A DNA stretch of 12,048 nucleotides, from the NCBI GenBank assembly GCA_040905565.1, contig JBBDRF010000046.1:21817-33864 (forward strand), in the 5' to 3' direction. The position numbers and the translations under genes were made by a program. The number at the start of each line of letters is the position of its first letter. The first letter of the stretch is position 1. The DNA comes from Phycisphaeraceae bacterium (GTDB lineage Bacteria > Planctomycetota > Phycisphaerae > Phycisphaerales > Zrk34). Under the pieces are notes generated by a model, which ran no database searches, had not been told where the DNA came from, and saw only the letters and a program-made list of their open reading frames with translations. This document shows positions 8,070 to 12,048 of this stretch, piece by piece.

Positions 8070-9277
8070 CCGAAGCGACCTCTACTACCAGCGCCCAGCC
8101 TGACGCATCGGCGGCCGATCCACGACGGTTGATCATCCTCGGCTCGACCGGGAGCATCGGCACGAACACGCTTGACGTGGTCAATCGGCTGAACGGGCGG
8201 TTTCGCGTTGAGGCTCTCGCCGCCGGTGCCAACGCCGATCTCCTGACACAGCAGGCTGACCAGTTCGGCGTGACGCGGCTGGCGATGGCGGACGAAGCGG
8301 CCGCCGAGGGCGTGCGGTCGCGGTTGCCTGGGGCGCAGGTGCATGCGGGCGAGCAGGCAGCGGAGCAGCTGGTCGAGGAGACCGACGCGGACATGCTGGT
8401 GGCGGCGATCGTCGGCGCTGCGGGGCTACCTGCGACGATCGCTGGGATTCGCAAGGGCATGCACGTCGCGCTGGCGAATAAGGAAACGCTGGTGGCGGCG
8501 GGCGAGCTGGTGATGCCGTTGGTGCGCGAGCACAAGGTGTCGCTGCTGCCGGTCGATAGTGAGCACTCCGCGATCTTCCAGTGCCTGCAGACCGGGGCCG
8601 ACGGCCAGAACAGCCGGGCGATCAAACGCATCGTGCTGACCGCTTCGGGCGGGCCGTTCCGCCATCGCACCGCGGAGGAAATTCGCAACGCGACCGTCGA
8701 GCAGGCGCTGAATCATCCGACCTGGAGCATGGGCCGCAAGATCAGCATCGATTCGGCGACGATGATGAACAAGGCATTGGAGATCATCGAAGCGCACTGG
8801 CTCTTTGAGCTGTCCGCTGACCAGATCGGCGTGATTGTGCATCCGCAGTCGATCGCGCACAGTTTTGTCGAGTTTGCTGACCATTCGATTCTGGCGCAGC
8901 TGGGCTCGCCGGATATGCGGACGCCGATCCAGTACGCGCTGACCTACCCCGATCGGGCGGTAGGCAGCGGGGAGCCGCTGGACTGGACGGCCCTTTCGCA
9001 ACTGGACTTTGAGCAGCCGGATTTTCAGCGTTTTCCCGCCCTGAACCTCGCCTACCGCGTGATCGAAACCGGCGGGACGAGCGGAGCCATTCTTAATGCC
9101 GCGAACGAGGAGGCGGTGTACGCTTTCCTCGACAGGCTGATTCCCTTCGGCGCGATTGTCGATCTGGCCGCGCAGGCTTTAGATCAGCTCGAAGTGGAAC
9201 CGGCGACGAACCTTGCTACGATCCACCGTGCCGACCGGGCAGCTCGCCAGTTCGTGCGGCAGCAGATCGAGCGTTAA
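8066..9277 (+). CDS. dxr: 1-deoxy-D-xylulose-5-phosphate reductoisomerase (403 aa)
   Basis: ILGSTGSIG, LANKE, PVDSEHSAIFQ, LTASGGPF, HPTWSMGRKISIDSATMMNK, HPQS motifs; ATG overlaps the upstream TGA (ATGA 8066-8069). Confidence 0.99.
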   Translation: MTEATSTTSAQPDASAADPRRLIILGSTGSIGTNTLDVVNRLNGRFRVEALAAGANADLLTQQADQFGVTRLAMADEAAAEGVRSRLPGAQVHAGEQAAEQLVEETDADMLVAAIVGAAGLPATIAGIRKGMHVALANKETLVAAGELVMPLVREHKVSLLPVDSEHSAIFQCLQTGADGQNSRAIKRIVLTASGGPFRHRTAEEIRNATVEQALNHPTWSMGRKISIDSATMMNKALEIIEAHWLFELSADQIGVIVHPQSIAHSFVEFADHSILAQLGSPDMRTPIQYALTYPDRAVGSGEPLDWTALSQLDFEQPDFQRFPALNLAYRVIETGGTSGAILNAANEEAVYAFLDRLIPFGAIVDLAAQALDQLEVEPATNLATIHRADRAARQFVRQQIER

Positions 9278-9341
9278 CTGAACCCCCCCGCGCCACGCTC
9301 CCATCTCACGGAGCCGGCGCATCTGCCGATAGGTAACTGGT

Positions 9342-11393
9342 ATGGATCTTTGGAGCACCTGGAATCTTCTGCTGTTCATCATCGGCTTCGGCTCGCTGAT
9401 TTTCGTGCACGAGTTGGGCCATTTTCTCGTCGCGAAGTGGGTGGGCATCAAGGCGACGACGTTCGCGATCGGCTTCGGCCAGGCGATCCTCTGCTACCGC
9501 CGCGGCATCGGGTATCGTGTCGGTACGACCGAACCAGAGTACCAGCGACGCATCGAGGAGTTCGTCCGTGAACGCCGCCCCAAGGTCGACGGCGAAGAAG
9601 ATACCTCCGAGATCAAAGCACAGGAGATCGAGGACGCCGAGCGCGAACTCGGCCTCGGCGAAACCGAATACCGCCTGAACTGGATCCCCTTCGGCGGCTA
9701 CGTGAAGATGGTCGGCCAGGAAGATCTGGACCCCAAAGCCCTCAGCGACAACCCCCGCGCTTTCAACAAGAAACCCATCTGGGCGCGCATGTGCGTCATC
9801 AGTGCGGGCGTGGTGATGAACGTCATCTTCGCGGTGCTGTTCTTCATGGTGGCATTCATGATCGGCGTCCAGTTCCCGCCCGCGATCGTCGGCGGCGTCG
9901 CGCCGGACTCGCCCGCCGCCAACGCCGAGGCGACGGATAATCCCGAAATCGTCGGGCTTCAACCCGGCGACCGCGTCGAAGCCATCAACGGCGAAGCGAC
10001 CACCGACTTCCTTGATGTTCGCATCGCTTCGGCGCTCGCGCCCCGCGGACGCGTCCTGAACCTTGATGTCGAACGCCCCGCACTCGACGGCTCGGCCCAG
10101 AAGCTGAATTTCGCCATCGTGCCCGTGGAAGATTCCGAGGAAAAACTGCTGCACATCGGCGTCACCCCCGCAGCCGATACCCGCCTCGCGCAAGGGCCTG
10201 GCGTGGCGGCTCAGCTTGAAAGCATGGGCCTGGAGCCCGGCATGCGGCTGGTGGCTGTGAACGGGCAGCCGATTCAGGAACACTGGCAATTCCGTCGCCT
10301 GCTCGAAGCCGCTGAGGGCCAACCTGTCGAAGGAACCTTCGAAACGGTCCCCGCACGCGGGCAGGAGCCGGAGCAGCGCACGGTGACGCTCGAGCCGCAG
10401 ACGGATTACATGATCAGCGACGACGGCGAAATGCACCTGCTGGGCCTCAAGCCCGCCACGCGCATCAACGGCGTCCAGGAAGGCGCGCCCGCCGACGGAG
10501 AACTTCAATCAGGCGACATCATCGTCGCGCTCGAAAACGCCTCCTGGCCCAGCCCCACGCGCATGAGCGAGGTCATCGGCGGTCACGCAGCAGGGGAGCC
10601 CGTGGCGATCTCCGTGCTCCGCGACGGCGTGGTGGAAGAGTTCGAGATCACGCCCCGGCGAGGTCTGCTCGGCATCGGCATGGATTTCGACGAGTCGGTT
10701 ATCCGAGACGTCGCATCGAACACCCCCTTCGCATCGCTGGACCTGCCGGCCGGTACACGGTTGCTGGAAGTAGACGGCGAACCGGCGCAGACCCTCAGCG
10801 AGTTGCGCGTGGCCATCCAAAGCGCTCCTGCCGATCAGGAAAACTTCGAAATCACTTATCAGCTGCCCGTCGGCGACGTGGTCGAGACGCAGGAACTCAC
10901 GCTGAGCGAAGCCGATCGCACCGCCTTGGCGCAGCTTGATTGGCTCGACGGGCTGCCGTTCACCGTCCTTCAGGTCACGCAGCAGACGAGCAACCCCATC
11001 GCAGCGATCGGGCTGGGCGTCGAGAAGACCCACAGCTTTATGATGCAGACGTACATCACGATCAGTCGCCTCTTCGGCGGCACGGTCCGCGTCGAACATC
11101 TGCGCGGGCCGGTGGGCATCGTCGAAACCGGCACGCAGTTCAGCGATCGCGGTTTCGCGTATCTGTTGTTCTTCCTCGGCCTCATCAGCATCAACCTGGC
11201 GGTGATCAACTTCCTGCCGCTGCCGATCGTAGATGGTGGACTGGCGCTGCTGCTGCTTTGGGAGAAGGTGCGTGGCAAACCCGCGCCGCCGGAAGTGCAA
11301 TCGGTGCTGACCGTGATCGGGCTGCTGCTAATCGGCGCGCTGTTCGTCACCGTGACCTACCACGACATCGCACGCCTGGTCACCGGCGGCTAA
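9342..11393 (+). CDS. rseP: Site-2 (M50) intramembrane zinc protease, RseP family, with several PDZ domains (683 aa)
   Basis: HELGH in the first hydrophobic helix, IGFG..TEY..IPFGGYVKM, AGVVMN, NFLPLPIVDGG, repeated GLxPGDxxxxING-like PDZ motifs; adjacent to dxr. Confidence 0.93.
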   Translation: MDLWSTWNLLLFIIGFGSLIFVHELGHFLVAKWVGIKATTFAIGFGQAILCYRRGIGYRVGTTEPEYQRRIEEFVRERRPKVDGEEDTSEIKAQEIEDAERELGLGETEYRLNWIPFGGYVKMVGQEDLDPKALSDNPRAFNKKPIWARMCVISAGVVMNVIFAVLFFMVAFMIGVQFPPAIVGGVAPDSPAANAEATDNPEIVGLQPGDRVEAINGEATTDFLDVRIASALAPRGRVLNLDVERPALDGSAQKLNFAIVPVEDSEEKLLHIGVTPAADTRLAQGPGVAAQLESMGLEPGMRLVAVNGQPIQEHWQFRRLLEAAEGQPVEGTFETVPARGQEPEQRTVTLEPQTDYMISDDGEMHLLGLKPATRINGVQEGAPADGELQSGDIIVALENASWPSPTRMSEVIGGHAAGEPVAISVLRDGVVEEFEITPRRGLLGIGMDFDESVIRDVASNTPFASLDLPAGTRLLEVDGEPAQTLSELRVAIQSAPADQENFEITYQLPVGDVVETQELTLSEADRTALAQLDWLDGLPFTVLQVTQQTSNPIAAIGLGVEKTHSFMMQTYITISRLFGGTVRVEHLRGPVGIVETGTQFSDRGFAYLLFFLGLISINLAVINFLPLPIVDGGLALLLLWEKVRGKPAPPEVQSVLTVIGLLLIGALFVTVTYHDIARLVTGG

Positions 11394-11438
11394 CGACCGC
11401 CCCACCACCGTCAGTCCCCGGGCATCCGTTGCGAATCG

Positions 11439-11903
11439 TTACGCCTTGATTTCGAAGAGAAACTCGGCTTCAACGGTGGCATTGAGCGGTAGTGCGACCA
11501 CGCCGACGGCTGCCCGGGCGTGGCGACCGGCTTCGCCGAAGACGTCCTGGAGCAGTTCGCTGGCGCCGTTGGCGACGGTGGGCTGACCAGCGAAGCCCGG
11601 CTCGCTCTGCACGAAAACCCCGAGCCTTACCGCCCCGACCACCTTCGACCAGTCGCCTGCGACCTGCTTGCGAAGGATCGCGAGGGCGTTGATGGTGCAC
11701 CGCCTTGCCGCCTCCTGCGCCAGTTCAGGGGTGACAACCGTGGGCACCGACCCCATCGCGATCAGCTTCCCAGCATGCAGCGGTAACTGCCCGCTGATGT
11801 AGAGCTGATTCCCGCTCCGCTTGGCCGGCACGTAAGACGCGATCGGCGACGGCGCTTCGGGCAGTTCAATCCCCAACTTGTCAAGATTCGCATCAATATC
11901 CAT
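11439..11903 (-). CDS. RidA/YjgF/YER057c/UK114 superfamily protein (154 aa), Rid1-like; start reassigned to ATG 11903
   Basis: LGIELPEAPSPIASYVP, LYISGQLP, VANGASELL, GRHARAAVGV..LPLNATVE; family-like sequence begins at MDIDANL, and the 44 upstream codons of the 198-aa ORF look non-coding. Confidence 0.9.
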   Translation of the reverse strand: MDIDANLDKLGIELPEAPSPIASYVPAKRSGNQLYISGQLPLHAGKLIAMGSVPTVVTPELAQEAARRCTINALAILRKQVAGDWSKVVGAVRLGVFVQSEPGFAGQPTVANGASELLQDVFGEAGRHARAAVGVVALPLNATVEAEFLFEIKA

Positions 11904-11910
11904 GACGCAC

Positions 11911-11916
11911 AGATTA
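11911..11916 (-). promoter_or_regulatory. Candidate -10 element (TAATCT) 7 nt before the Rid-family ATG
   Basis: Minus strand GC-TAATCT-GTGCGTC-ATG; no SD; only a weak -35. Confidence 0.55.
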
Positions 11917-12048
11917 GCGTTGAGCGGGTGCCCCGGCCAGCACAAAAGGCCGGGCGGGATCGCGACATCGGCCTCGGTATCGGCGCAGGTCCGGAGGCCC
12001 GGCCGTCTCTGAGCAACCGGGGACATGGTTAACACTTTTTACCGGGTA

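Noticed and set aside
5391..11300. Long minus-strand ORFs (435, 295, 320, 400, 263 aa) opposite rne, dxr and rseP
   Set aside because: Expected antisense shadows in high-GC DNA; fully overlapped by well-supported genes and without family motifs.
11394..11438. Bidirectional terminator between convergent rseP and the Rid-family gene
   Set aside because: No convincing stem or U-tract in the 45-nt gap.
11904..12035. 44-aa N-terminal extension of the Rid-family ORF
   Set aside because: Family similarity begins at Met 11903, and a -10 box lies within the extension.

Overview
High-GC housekeeping region with no mobile element, CRISPR array, defence system or evident horizontally acquired DNA. Protein signatures (divergent EF-Tu switch I, RseP with a long insertion) suggest Planctomycetota, possibly Phycisphaerae; this is inference from recall, not a search. 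Minus strand: tRNA-Thr(GGU) followed by tuf, behind a near-consensus sigma70 promoter. Plus strand, divergent: metK, ptsI, a 961-aa RNase E/G with a long disordered tail, dxr (overlapping the RNase stop) and a multi-PDZ RseP-family protease. A convergent RidA/YjgF-family gene ends the window. I found no new multi-gene system. The best novelty candidate is the metK leader, where an upstream segment can either pair over the Shine-Dalgarno and start codon or form a GAAA-capped hairpin. Other points of interest are unusual EF-Tu G-domain motifs, the RNase E tail architecture, and promoter-like boxes placed for leaderless mRNAs. All RNA pairings were found by eye, not by folding software.
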